A program made the translations under genes and the position numbers. The notes beneath the pieces are model-generated. The model made no database searches, was not told the origin of the DNA, and was given only the letters and a program-made list of their open reading frames with translations. A stretch of 62,729 nucleotides of DNA, counting the filler, from Thermodesulfobacteriota bacterium (lineage in GTDB: Bacteria > DASVDK01), in assembly GCA_036381125.1 (NCBI GenBank). It is 9 parts of 9 records of this genome, joined end to end, with 100 filler letters (N's around TTAATTAATTAA, not from the genome) between each part and the next. Parts side by side here need not be neighbours in the genome. Positions count along the whole stretch, not along the records: positions 1 to 26,548 come from DASVDK010000078.1; 8 more parts are not named here. One strand, given 5' to 3'. Positions 1 through 9,664 of this stretch are shown piece after piece (position 1 is the first letter of the stretch; each line of letters begins with the position of its first letter).

Positions 1-43
1 GGCGGCATACGCGGGTCACACGGCGCGCTCGGGCGCGAGACGG

Positions 44-559
44 TTAGCCGAGACGCTGGCAACCGGAGGCCAGCGACGGGTTCTTCCTGACGCTCTCGAA
101 GACGCTCTTGGTGACCTCGGCGCTGGGCCGGCCCTCGGAGGCGAAGATCACCTTGAAGTCGCCGCGCAGCGTCCGCCCGACGGCCGCGCTGTCCGAGCAG
201 CCGAGGATGGCGGCCAGGTGGTCGATCGTCTCGCCCGAGCCGCGCGCCACGTCCTTGGCGAACGCCTCGCGGTTCACGTCGATGAAGAGCGACGCGGCCG
301 GCCGTCCGGTCGGGCCGCCGCCCGGGTTGCAGTTGGACGTGCCGAAGCTGATGCCGAACGTCTGCGTGCCGAACGTCGCGTTGGTGGTCGACGCGAGCAC
401 CTGCTTCCATCTGGTCTCGTCGCTCTGGAACAGGAGCGTGCCGAGACCGCAGCCGGCCATGCTGTACTGGTTGCCGCCCATGATCTGGGCCCGCGCATCG
501 TCTAGGCCGAAGGCGGCGAGCGCCGCAACGAACGCGGCGAGACCGAGGACCTTTCGCAT
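44..559 (-). CDS. DUF3015 family exported protein (copy 1)
   Basis: ATG at 559 with AGGAGG RBS; signal peptide, AGCGLG and TFGISFGTSNC motifs, DVARGSGE; paralogous to 2889-3392. Confidence 0.85.
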   Translation of the reverse strand: MRKVLGLAAFVAALAAFGLDDARAQIMGGNQYSMAGCGLGTLLFQSDETRWKQVLASTTNATFGTQTFGISFGTSNCNPGGGPTGRPAASLFIDVNREAFAKDVARGSGETIDHLAAILGCSDSAAVGRTLRGDFKVIFASEGRPSAEVTKSVFESVRKNPSLASGCQRLG

Positions 560-783
560 TCGCGATTCCTCCTGGCGGGTTGGCGAGTGCACCGTTGCCG
601 GGCCGAATACGGCCGGGTTCGGACGACGGGCGGCGCGTTGCACGGGTCCGGCCGAAATCTCGGTGGCCGTGACCAGGCTGAGCCGCGGGAGCGGCTCGAC
701 GCGGCCGGCGTCCCGCGACGCGGTGCGGCGAGGGCCGGTCCGCCGGAAGAGGGCGCTCGGTCTGCGAGGGGACCGGCAAGCGG

Positions 784-2808
784 TCAGAAGTAGACGTGGG
801 CGCCGAGGGCGCCTTCCCAGGCGGCGGGGACCCTCGCCCCTTCGATGCCGAGCGAGAGCCAGCGCGTGAGGTGGACCTTCGCCGTCAGCGAGTACTCGTA
901 CGTCCGTTCGGGGTCGTAGTCGATCAGGTAGCGCCACGACCCGGTGGCCAGGAGCGACACCCGCTCGCCGATCCGGGCGTGGAGGCCCCCGAGCGGACCG
1001 ACGCCGAGCCGGACGCGTCGGTCGAGCAGGCGAGGCGAGGCGACCGTCTCCACGTCCGCCATGGCGAAGGCCACCACCCGCGGCCGATCGAGGAGGGTGA
1101 GCGCGTACCCGCCGCCGAGGTCGAAGTTGGCCGCCAGGCAGTCCCGGCAGCTCTCGTCGCGGATGGTCTTCGCGCCGAAGCCGATCTTCCAGGAGAACTG
1201 GCGGGTGAAGCGGGTGACCGGCGAGAGGGAGACCACGCGCACGGCGTCGAAGCGCTCGAGCCACAGGGTGTCGGGATCGGAGTTGTAGCGCAGGCGCGTC
1301 GAGAAGAACTCGATCTGCGCGTAGTCGGGGTAGCCGGCCTCCGGGTCGGTGAGGTCGTGCAGCGCGAACCGGAAGTCGAGCCGCTCGAAGGGGCCGAGGT
1401 GGTCGGACCAGCCGAAGCCGAGTCCGGCGCGGGCCGAGTCGTGCCCCACCTGCGGCATCCGGTCGTACGGCGGCTCGATGGCGAGGTCGGGGCTCGCCAG
1501 CCGGATGGCGCTGCGGGCCGCGAGGAGTCGGCGCTTGCGCCGAGCCGCCTCGGGGCGCCCCTTGACGAGGTCCTCGCCGTCCCGAAAGTCGACGTAGTCC
1601 AGCGCCGCGTCGAGGATGGCCATGCGCCGCTCCGGCGCGAGCCCGGCCGGCAGCTCGCCGCCGTCGTCGACGATGCGCTTCACGTGGGCGCGATCCTCGG
1701 CCGACAGCGCGGCCACGCGGGCCCTGAACTGCGTCCAGATGGACGGCCGGTAGCGCACCGCCTTCACGAGGCCCGGCTCCGCGTAGAGCGCCTTCACCGT
1801 GTCGGCCGGGATCACCCAGAAGGGGACGCGGTCGACGAGGTCGAGGTCGGGGTTGGCCGCCTCGAGCGCCGTCAGCATGTGGAAGGAGCAGTTCTCGTTC
1901 AGGTAGTAGTAGTCGAACCAGCTCTGACCAAGCTCCCAGAAGTGGGCCACGAGCAGCGCCACCTGCTCGGGCGTGAGGTCGAGGTCGTACTCCCAGATGT
2001 CGCGCGTCTCGTAGTCGTTGTACTGGCGGACCTTGTAGTAGTAGGGGTAGTGGGAGAAGCGTCCCTCGAAGCCGCCGAAGATTCCCTTGAAGGCGTAGAT
2101 GACCGCGTTCGACGTCGTGACGACCGCCGCGTAGTCGATGCCGTAGTCGAGGAGGTCCGACCGCACCACGCCCGGCGTGTCGTCGGCGCGGCTCACCCGC
2201 ATGAACGTGTGCCCGAAGGCCGACGACGGGTTGTTGAGGTAGTAGGAGGAGAAGACGAGGGTGACGGACCTGGCGTCGAGGCGCTCGCGGAAGTCCTCCC
2301 ACTCGGGACAGGAGCGCTCCGGGAGCCGCGTGGGGTCGATGCCGAGCCGTCGCGCGAGCCAGAGCCGGCGCGCGGGGAAGCGGCACTGGGGATGGGGCCC
2401 TTCGTCGGGCACCGGCGCGAAGAACGCCGCGAGCGTGGCCTCCAGCTCCGCCTTCGGGTCCCGCTTGCCGGTCGGGGCGAGGAAGAACGCCTTTCCATCC
2501 ACCTGGCTCTCGAGCTGGCCGAAGAGGTTCCGCCGGTAATGGAGGAGCCTGAGCCACTGCTTGTCGGTGTGCAGGGCGTCGCGGCGGGCCGCCTCGAGCA
2601 GCTCGGGGAGGTAGGTCGGGTCGGGCTCGCCGGCCAGCGCGGGTGCGGCGGCGAGGAACGAAGCGGCGAGGACCCAGGCGGCGGCGAGCGCCGCCGCGCG
2701 GGCGAGCGGCCGTGCGGTCGGTCGGGAGCGGCGGTTCGAGCGCGGCGCGGAGGCCGGCGGCGAGCCGCTGGAGGCCGCGCCGAGCGCGCTCGGGGTCGAG
2801 TGAGCCAG
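784..2808 (-). CDS. DUF4105 (Lnb N-terminal-like) domain protein with C-terminal outer-membrane beta-barrel; start approximate
   Basis: WLRLLHY, QCRFPAR, PSSAFGHT, YYYLNENCS motifs; amphipathic C-terminal strands ending in terminal Phe (GAHVYF). Confidence 0.8.
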   Translation of the reverse strand: MAHSTPSALGAASSGSPPASAPRSNRRSRPTARPLARAAALAAAWVLAASFLAAAPALAGEPDPTYLPELLEAARRDALHTDKQWLRLLHYRRNLFGQLESQVDGKAFFLAPTGKRDPKAELEATLAAFFAPVPDEGPHPQCRFPARRLWLARRLGIDPTRLPERSCPEWEDFRERLDARSVTLVFSSYYLNNPSSAFGHTFMRVSRADDTPGVVRSDLLDYGIDYAAVVTTSNAVIYAFKGIFGGFEGRFSHYPYYYKVRQYNDYETRDIWEYDLDLTPEQVALLVAHFWELGQSWFDYYYLNENCSFHMLTALEAANPDLDLVDRVPFWVIPADTVKALYAEPGLVKAVRYRPSIWTQFRARVAALSAEDRAHVKRIVDDGGELPAGLAPERRMAILDAALDYVDFRDGEDLVKGRPEAARRKRRLLAARSAIRLASPDLAIEPPYDRMPQVGHDSARAGLGFGWSDHLGPFERLDFRFALHDLTDPEAGYPDYAQIEFFSTRLRYNSDPDTLWLERFDAVRVVSLSPVTRFTRQFSWKIGFGAKTIRDESCRDCLAANFDLGGGYALTLLDRPRVVAFAMADVETVASPRLLDRRVRLGVGPLGGLHARIGERVSLLATGSWRYLIDYDPERTYEYSLTAKVHLTRWLSLGIEGARVPAAWEGALGAHVYF

Positions 2809-2888
2809 GGTTCGGGTCCTCGGAGTCGACGCGGCGGGGAGGGCCTCGTGTCGAGGCCCTCCTCGCCGAGGTGGACGGAGCGACGCTG

Positions 2889-3392
2889 CTAGAGGAGCTG
2901 GGTGCAGGTCGACGCGACGGCCTTGTCGGCCCTGATCGTCTCGAGGATCGCGTCGGTGACCTGGTCGGTCGAGGACGGCTCGCTCAGGAAGATCGTGCTG
3001 AAGTTCGACTGGAGCGAGGTCGCGACGGCCTTCGTGTCCGAGCACCCCATGATGGCCGACAGCCCGACCAGGGTCTCGCCCGAGCCGCGCGAGACGTCCT
3101 TCACGAGCGCCTCGCGGTTGGCCTCCACGAAGAGCGCGGCGCGGCGGCTCGTCGAGCGCCGGTCGACGCAGTTGAGCGTCCCGGTCGTGATGCCGAAGGT
3201 CTGGTTGCCGAACGTGCCGTTGGTCGTGGCTGCGAGCACCTGCACGAGCCCCGGCTCGTCCTGGAAGATGAGCGAGCCGAGGCCGCAGCCGGCGGTCCCG
3301 TAGGTGCTCGGATTCAGATTGGCGGCATCGGCGTTCGTGACCCCGAGACCGAGCAGGACGACGGCCGACGCGAGCATGGCAAGTTTCCGCAC
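2889..3392 (-). CDS. DUF3015 family exported protein (copy 2)
   Basis: Signal peptide, YGTAGCGLGS, TFGITTGTLNC, DVSRGSGE; GGAGG RBS. Confidence 0.85.
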   Translation of the reverse strand: MRKLAMLASAVVLLGLGVTNADAANLNPSTYGTAGCGLGSLIFQDEPGLVQVLAATTNGTFGNQTFGITTGTLNCVDRRSTSRRAALFVEANREALVKDVSRGSGETLVGLSAIMGCSDTKAVATSLQSNFSTIFLSEPSSTDQVTDAILETIRADKAVASTCTQLL

Positions 3393-3652
3393 TCGTGTAT
3401 CCTCCGACTGACTGACGGGTGACGGGAGCGGAGTGCCCCCGAGACCTTGGGCCTGCGTTGCGAGCTGTCCAGTTGATCGGTCGAGTTCGGGGGCGCGCCC
3501 AGAAATCGGGCCTCGGCCCCAAACGCCGCAGGAGCATACGCTTGCTCAGCAAGACAGTCAATGCTCGTGATGCTCGACGATGCCCGGCCGGCCGAACGGC
3601 GGGGGACGCGACCGCCGGGCCAGGGCCCGGCGGTCCGATCGCGATCGAGGCC

Positions 3653-4345
3653 GTGCAGGAGCGGGTCGTTCGATGCCGGGCCTGCCCGCGCCTCGTCGCC
3701 TACCGGGAGCGCGTGGCGGTGGAGAAGGTCCGGCGCTACCGGGGGGAGCGATACTGGGGCCGCCCGGTTGCCGCCTTCGGGGACCCGACGGCCCGGCTCC
3801 TGATCGTCGGCCTCGCGCCGGCCGCGCACGGGGCGAACCGTACGGGACGGATGTTCACGGGCGACGGTGCCGGCGGCAGCGGCGACTGGGTCGCGGCGGG
3901 GCTCCACGCGGTGGGGCTCGCGAACCGGCCGGTGTCGCGCGCGCCGGACGACGGCCTGGTCCTCCGCGACGCGCTCATCAGCGCCGCCTGCCGATGCGCC
4001 CCCCCGGACAACCGGCCGACCCCGGACGAGCTGGCCCGCTGCCGCCCCTACCTCGAGGCCGAGCTGGCGGCGCTCGAGGACCTGCGCGTCGTCGTGGCGC
4101 TCGGGCGGATCGCCTTCGACGCGGTGCTGGCCGCCTGGGGCCCGGCGGGCGGCGGTCACCTCCCCAGGCCGCGGCCGGCGTTCGTCCACGGCGGCGAGTG
4201 GACGCTGCCGGCCGGCCCCGGCCGTCGCGCGACGACGCTCCTGGCGACGTACCACCCGAGCCGGCAGAACACGAACACCGGCCGGCTGACGCGCGAGATG
4301 TGGCTCGACGTGTTCAGGCGTGCCGCCGCTCGCCTGGGCGCCTGA
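3653..4345 (+). CDS. Uracil-DNA glycosylase family 5 (UdgB-like, Fe-S); start uncertain (frame open from 3419)
   Basis: [43 protein letters not shown] motifs. Confidence 0.9.
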   Translation: MQERVVRCRACPRLVAYRERVAVEKVRRYRGERYWGRPVAAFGDPTARLLIVGLAPAAHGANRTGRMFTGDGAGGSGDWVAAGLHAVGLANRPVSRAPDDGLVLRDALISAACRCAPPDNRPTPDELARCRPYLEAELAALEDLRVVVALGRIAFDAVLAAWGPAGGGHLPRPRPAFVHGGEWTLPAGPGRRATTLLATYHPSRQNTNTGRLTREMWLDVFRRAAARLGA

Positions 4346-4379
4346 GCCGCGCGTCGTCGGGCTGCGCTACCATTTCCCC

Positions 4380-4739
4380 ATGCCGACGCGTCCCAGCAAG
4401 GAGCTTCGGACCTTCCCGAACCCGAAGCCGGAGCGGCCCTACGAGATCAGCTTCGAGTGCCCGGAGTTCACCTGCGTCTGCCCGATGACCGGGCAGCCCG
4501 ACTTCGCCACCATCCGGATCCGCTACGTCCCGGACCGCACCTGCGTGGAGCTGAAGAGCCTGAAGCTCTACCTCTGGTCCTTCCGCGACGAGGGGGCGTT
4601 CCACGAGGCGGTGACCAACCGGATCCTCGACGACCTGGTGGAGGCCGTCCAGCCGCGCGAGATGACGGTCGTCGGGGACTTCAACGTCCGAGGCGGCATC
4701 CACACGGTCGTGACCGCCAGCTACCGCAAGGAGGGGTAG
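4380..4739 (+). CDS. queF: NADPH-dependent preQ0 reductase (short type)
   Basis: [33 protein letters not shown] motifs. Confidence 0.95.
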   Translation: MPTRPSKELRTFPNPKPERPYEISFECPEFTCVCPMTGQPDFATIRIRYVPDRTCVELKSLKLYLWSFRDEGAFHEAVTNRILDDLVEAVQPREMTVVGDFNVRGGIHTVVTASYRKEG

Positions 4740-4764
4740 GCGCGCCGCGGTCTACAATCACGGC

Positions 4765-5691
4765 ATGCCTCGCCCCGAGCGGATCCGCGTCGGCACCTCC
4801 GGCTGGCACTACCCACGCGGCGACGACCGCTGGACCGGGGTGTTCTATCCCCGCGGCACGAAGGACGAGCTGGCGTACTACGCGGAGCGGTTCGACACGG
4901 TGGAGGTGAACGTGACCTTCTACCGGCAGGTGCCGCCCGAGACGACGGAGGCCTGGGCGGCGAGAACACCCGACCGGTTCGACTTCTCGGTCAAGCTCTA
5001 CCAGAAGTTCACGCACCCGAAGATGTACGAGGCGGCCACCGGAAGGCCGGCGTCCGTCGCGCGGGGCGACCTCGACGCCTTCAAGCGCTCCATGTCGCCC
5101 CTGGCCGAGGCGGGCAAGCTGGGGAGCGTGCTCGCGCAGTTCCCCGCGTCCTTCAAGCGGACGCCCGAGTCGGAGCGGATGCTCGACGGCCTCCTCACGG
5201 CGCTCGACGGCTTCCCGGTGACGGTCGAGCTGCGCCACCGCTCCTGGAGCGACGCGGAGGAGGCGACGGAGGAGCTGCTCCTGCGGCACCGGGCCGGGTG
5301 GGCGCAGATCGACGAGCCGAAGTTCGCGACCTCGGTGAGGCAGCCGATGGCGGTGCGGGGGGGCATCGGCTACTTCAGGCTCCACGGGCGCAACGCCGAG
5401 GCCTGGTGGAAGAAGGACGCCGGCTCGGAGCGCTACCACTACCTGTACTCGGACGACGAGCTGGACTCCTTCGTCGACGCGATCCTCGGCGCCTCCGACC
5501 GGGCCGAACGGGTCTACGTCTACTTCAACAACCACTTCCGCGGCGCGTCGGTGGCCAACGCGCTGATGATGAAGCCGAAGCTCGGCCAGCCGCTCGGCGC
5601 CGCCTACGAGCCGACCCTCGTCGAGCACTATCCCGTTCTCGAGGGTCGGGTGCCGGTGGCGGGGCCGAAGGGGCAGGGGCGGCTGCTGTGA
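4765..5691 (+). CDS. DUF72 (YecE/UPF0759) family protein
   Basis: VGTSGWHY, FDTVEVNVTFY, QFPASF, ELRHRSW, YFRLHGR, YFNNH motifs. Confidence 0.9.
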   Translation: MPRPERIRVGTSGWHYPRGDDRWTGVFYPRGTKDELAYYAERFDTVEVNVTFYRQVPPETTEAWAARTPDRFDFSVKLYQKFTHPKMYEAATGRPASVARGDLDAFKRSMSPLAEAGKLGSVLAQFPASFKRTPESERMLDGLLTALDGFPVTVELRHRSWSDAEEATEELLLRHRAGWAQIDEPKFATSVRQPMAVRGGIGYFRLHGRNAEAWWKKDAGSERYHYLYSDDELDSFVDAILGASDRAERVYVYFNNHFRGASVANALMMKPKLGQPLGAAYEPTLVEHYPVLEGRVPVAGPKGQGRLL

Positions 5692-5711
5692 CGGCCGAGG
5701 GGGGAGGGGCG

Positions 5712-6437
5712 ATGACCGAACTCATCCATCAGACCGACAGCTACGCGCGCACGATGGACGCCTCCGTGGTCGAGGTCGTCGGCGACGCCGTGGTCCTCGA
5801 CCGCACGGTCTTCTACGCCACGTCGGGCGGGCAGCCGCACGACGAGGGGACGCTCACCTGGGACGGCGGCGAGGCGAAGGTGGTCGAGGTGGTGAAGAGG
5901 GACGGCCGGTACCTCCATCGCCTCTCGGGCGGCCTGCCGCCGGTCGGCAGCCGCGTGCGCGGCGAGATCGACTGGGCCCGGCGCTACGCCCTCATGCGCA
6001 CGCACACGGCGCTCCACATGCTCGCGGCCATCATCTTCCGCGACTACGGTTCCCGCGTGACGGGCGGGAACATGAAGCCGCTCGAAGCGCGGATGGACTT
6101 CGAGCTGGAATCGATGAGCGCCTCCTTCAAGGAGGAGATCGACGCCAAGCTCCGCGCCGAGGTGGCGGCCGACCGGCCCATCTCCGTGCGGATCCTGCCG
6201 CGCGAGGAGGCCTTCACGATCCCGGACCTGATCCGGACGAAGGTGAACCTGCTGCCCGAGGGGATCACGCAGGTGCGCGTGGTGGAGATCGCCGGTCTCG
6301 ACCTCCAGGCCGACGGCGGCACGCACGTCCGCTCGACGCGCGAGGTGGGCGGCGTGCGGGTGATCGGTCACGAGAGCAAGGGCAGGATCAACAAGCGACT
6401 CCGGATCGGGCTCGACCCGGTCGAGCCCCCGGCGTAG
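5712..6437 (+). CDS. alaX: Freestanding alanyl-tRNA editing protein (AlaX-M)
   Basis: LDRTVFYATSGGQPHD, HTALH, QADGGTHV motifs. Confidence 0.88.
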   Translation: MTELIHQTDSYARTMDASVVEVVGDAVVLDRTVFYATSGGQPHDEGTLTWDGGEAKVVEVVKRDGRYLHRLSGGLPPVGSRVRGEIDWARRYALMRTHTALHMLAAIIFRDYGSRVTGGNMKPLEARMDFELESMSASFKEEIDAKLRAEVAADRPISVRILPREEAFTIPDLIRTKVNLLPEGITQVRVVEIAGLDLQADGGTHVRSTREVGGVRVIGHESKGRINKRLRIGLDPVEPPA

Positions 6438-6453
6438 CGGCGGAGGACACGCG

Positions 6454-7116
6454 ATGCGGACGATTTTCTGGGACGTCGACACCCAGGTCGACTTCATGAT
6501 GCCGGACGGGAAGCTCTACGTGCCGGGTGCGGAGCGGCTCCTGCCGAACCTCGCCGCCCTCACGGAGCACGCCCGGCGGCAGGGGATCCGGATCGTGGCG
6601 TCGGCGGACGCGCACGAGCTGCACCACCGGGAGCTGACCCCCCCGCCGGACTTCCGCTCGACCTTCCCGCCCCACTGCCTGCGCGGCACGCCGGGCGCCG
6701 AGAAGGTGCCGGCCACGGCGCCCCGCAACCCGCTCCCGATCGAGAGCCGGCCCTACCCGGCGGACGAGCTGGCCGAGTCGGTGCGCCGGCACACGGGCGA
6801 GATCGTGCTCCTCAAGGAGGAGTTCGACGTCTTCTCGAACCCGAACGTCGGCGTCGTGCTCGACACGCTCGCGCCCGAGGCGGTGGTCGTCTACGGCGTG
6901 GCGCTCGACGTCTGCGACCGGTACGCGGTCGAGGGGTTGCTCGCCCGGGGCGGCCTCGCCATCGCCGTGGTCGAGGACGCCGTGGCGCCCATCCGCGCCG
7001 ACGAGGGGGCGCGCCTGCTCGAGGCCTGGCGCGAGCGCGGCGTCCGCATCGTCTCCACGGCGGACGTGCTGGCCGGGCGGGCGTTCGCGGGCGGCGGGGA
7101 GCGGCGAACGGCCTAG
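6454..7116 (+). CDS. Isochorismatase-family cysteine hydrolase, nicotinamidase-like
   Basis: DVDTQVDF, DAH, PPHC, K and GVALDVC catalytic residues. Confidence 0.85.
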   Translation: MRTIFWDVDTQVDFMMPDGKLYVPGAERLLPNLAALTEHARRQGIRIVASADAHELHHRELTPPPDFRSTFPPHCLRGTPGAEKVPATAPRNPLPIESRPYPADELAESVRRHTGEIVLLKEEFDVFSNPNVGVVLDTLAPEAVVVYGVALDVCDRYAVEGLLARGGLAIAVVEDAVAPIRADEGARLLEAWRERGVRIVSTADVLAGRAFAGGGERRTA

Positions 7117-8105
7117 CGGCCCGCCGCCTGCCGGTCCGCGAAGAGACGCGCCATCGGCTGCACGCCGGGAGCGTCGCACGCCCTGCGCAGGCACTCGAGG
7201 CCGAACGCCCGCTCGATGCTCGCGAGCAGCGAGTAGTGGTTGTACGGCGTTGCGTCGCGTACGCCGCGCGGGCCGCGGCTCGTGACGACGATCGTCGGGA
7301 TCCTGCCCCCGCCCGGGTCGGCCCCGCAGCAGCCGCTCGTCGTCGTCCCCTCGTCCCAGGTGATCACGATCGCGGTGCGGCGGTCGGCCCACGCGCGTGA
7401 CGCCATGATCTCGCCGACCACGCGTGCGACGTAGTCGTCCGCTCGCCGCAAGAGCCGCGCGTCGCGAGCGGCCGTGGTCGGCGCGGCGCAGTGGGGCGGC
7501 GCGCCGTGCATGTCGTGGCACTGGTCGGGCACGATCAGGGCGAAGCGGGGGATCCGGCCGGACTCCAGGTCTCGGAAGAGCTGGCCGTCCGACACGAGGC
7601 GCCGACGCGCCCGATCGCTCGATCGGACCCCGTCGAACGTCACGAACGGGTTGTGCTTCGCGACGTAGAGCCCGCTGCTCGGCGTGCACGGCTCCGGCGC
7701 GCAGGCGCCCAGGAACCCTGTCGACGGAATGGACTGGAAGTAGCCCTTCCAGGAGATCCCCGCCGCGTCGAGCTGGTCCACGAGGCTCTCGCGATCGAGC
7801 ACGTGCGGCCGGTTGTCGCGGATACCGAAGAAGCTCCCGGCCAGCATCGCCACGTAGTTGCCCTGGCTCGGGCGGACGACGCCGTAGTACCGCGTGGCGA
7901 GCCCGTACGTGCCGGCCAGGTGGTTGATCGTGGGGGCGGCGGGGTTGCCGATGACGGCGTCGTGGCGGCGGTTCTCCTCGACGATGACGAAGACGTGGTC
8001 GTATCGCGGCACGCGCGGGGCGGCGGACGCCGGACCGGCCGCCGCACAGGCGGCCAGCAGCGCCGGCACCACGGCGCGGCACGCGAGGCGTGCGCGCGGG
8101 GTCAC
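7113..8105 (-). CDS. Exported phosphoesterase-family (acid phosphatase/phospholipase C-like) protein
   Basis: HVFVIVEEN, PSQGNY, KHNPF, HDMH, ITWDE, YNHYSLL motifs; signal peptide. Confidence 0.85.
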   Translation of the reverse strand: MTPRARLACRAVVPALLAACAAAGPASAAPRVPRYDHVFVIVEENRRHDAVIGNPAAPTINHLAGTYGLATRYYGVVRPSQGNYVAMLAGSFFGIRDNRPHVLDRESLVDQLDAAGISWKGYFQSIPSTGFLGACAPEPCTPSSGLYVAKHNPFVTFDGVRSSDRARRRLVSDGQLFRDLESGRIPRFALIVPDQCHDMHGAPPHCAAPTTAARDARLLRRADDYVARVVGEIMASRAWADRRTAIVITWDEGTTTSGCCGADPGGGRIPTIVVTSRGPRGVRDATPYNHYSLLASIERAFGLECLRRACDAPGVQPMARLFADRQAAGR

Positions 8106-8257
8106 GGCAGGGCCCTTTCTCCCTCCCGACGGCGCTCCGGGCGAGGGGTCGGGTCTCCGGACTCTCCGCGCCGCCCCAGGGCGCCGGGAACGCGCGAAGA
8201 CCTGACCCCTCTGGACACCGACTTCGCCCCGGCCCCGCCTCGCGGGGCGCAGGGTCG

Positions 8258-9124
8258 TTACGCGCCGGCGAGCTCCCGCAGGTCGTCGTCGTCGAGCTCG
8301 ATCGCGGCGGCGGCGACGTTCTCCTCGAGGTGCGCGACGCTGGAGGTCCCCGGAATGGGAAGCACGACCGGCGAGCGTGCGAGGAGCCAGGCCAGCGCCG
8401 CCTGAATCGGGGTTGCGCCGCGCCGGCGCGCCGCGGCCTCGAGCCGCTCGTGCGCCGCCCGGTCGCGCGCCTCCTTCTCGAGCGAGCCGGCGCCGAGCGG
8501 GTACCAGGGGATGAAGGCGATCCGCTCGCGCTCGCAGAAGTCGACCACGTCCTCCCACTGCCGGTCGAAGACGTTGTAGCGGTTCTGCACCGACGCGATC
8601 GGCACCACCCGGCGCGCCCGCTCGAGCTCCGCGACGCCGACCTCCGACAGGCCGACGTGCCGCACCTTCCCCTCGCGCACGAACTCGGCCAGCACGCCGA
8701 ACTGCTCGTCGGCCGGCACCTTCGAATCGATGCGGTGGAGCTGCCAGAGGTCGATCCGGTCGACCCGGAGGCGCCGCAGGCTGCCGTCGAGCGTGCGGCG
8801 CAGGTACTCGGGACGGCCGTTCGGCGTCCACCGGTTGGGGCCCGGCCGCTCGAGGCCCCCCTTGGTGGCGATGACGAGCCCCGGCGGATAGGGGTGGAGC
8901 GCCTCGGCGATCAGCTCCTCGGACACGTCGGGACCGTACGAGTCGGCCGTGTCGATGAAGTTCACGCCGAGGTCCACCGCGCGGCGCAGCACGCGCTTCG
9001 CCTCGTCGCGGTCGGCCGGCGGGCCGAAGATGCCCGGCCCGGTGAGGCGCATGGCGCCGTATCCCATGCGGTTCACGACGAGGTCGCCGCCCAGGGTCAG
9101 GGTGCCCGCTCGACTCGCGATCAT
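8258..9124 (-). CDS. Aldo/keto reductase
   Basis: [40 protein letters not shown] motifs. Confidence 0.92.
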   Translation of the reverse strand: MIASRAGTLTLGGDLVVNRMGYGAMRLTGPGIFGPPADRDEAKRVLRRAVDLGVNFIDTADSYGPDVSEELIAEALHPYPPGLVIATKGGLERPGPNRWTPNGRPEYLRRTLDGSLRRLRVDRIDLWQLHRIDSKVPADEQFGVLAEFVREGKVRHVGLSEVGVAELERARRVVPIASVQNRYNVFDRQWEDVVDFCERERIAFIPWYPLGAGSLEKEARDRAAHERLEAAARRRGATPIQAALAWLLARSPVVLPIPGTSSVAHLEENVAAAAIELDDDDLRELAGA

Positions 9125-9290
9125 CTCCGCTCCTCGATTGCCGTGGGGTTCGCCGGCTCCCCATGGTATCAGGCACGGTCCGTGCCTGCCCGAGGTGGGC
9201 GTGGGCGCCTGCCGGCCCCGGCGCGGCCGGGACGCAGGTGACCGCGGACACCGCGTGAGACGCCGGCGTCCGGGGGTGAAGCCGACGTTG

Positions 9291-9659
9291 CTACTCGACC
9301 GTGAGCGTGCCGGTCATCCCGGCCTCGGCGTGGCCCGGGAAGGTGCAGACGATGCGGTAGGCGCCGGCCGCGAGGCGCGCCGTGACCCGCTCGGTGGCGC
9401 CGGGGGCGATGACCGGGATCTCGGCCACGGTGGCCCCCCTGGCGTCCCGGACGACGAAGTTGTGCTCGATGGCCCCGTCGTTCACGACGGTGAACGTCAC
9501 GTCGCCGGCCGAGACCTCGAGCGCCTTCGGATCGAAGTAGAGGTCTCCCGCCTTCACCGTCACGGCGACGCCCTCCGCCGCGGGCGCGCGGCCGGGGAGG
9601 GCGGCAAGGAGGAGCACGCCGGCGGCGAGGGCCGCCGCCAGACGGGGCGAACGGCGCAT
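9291..9659 (-). CDS. Exported cupredoxin (blue copper protein)
   Basis: Signal peptide; type-1 Cu ligands HNF...[11 protein letters not shown]. Confidence 0.88.
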   Translation of the reverse strand: MRRSPRLAAALAAGVLLLAALPGRAPAAEGVAVTVKAGDLYFDPKALEVSAGDVTFTVVNDGAIEHNFVVRDARGATVAEIPVIAPGATERVTARLAAGAYRIVCTFPGHAEAGMTGTLTVE

Positions 9660-9664
9660 CCGGC

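Noticed and set aside
44-2557. 837-aa fusion ORF ending in DUF3015
   Set aside because: Only 44-559 is protein-like and has its own RBS; the upstream part is an alternate frame of the DUF4105 gene
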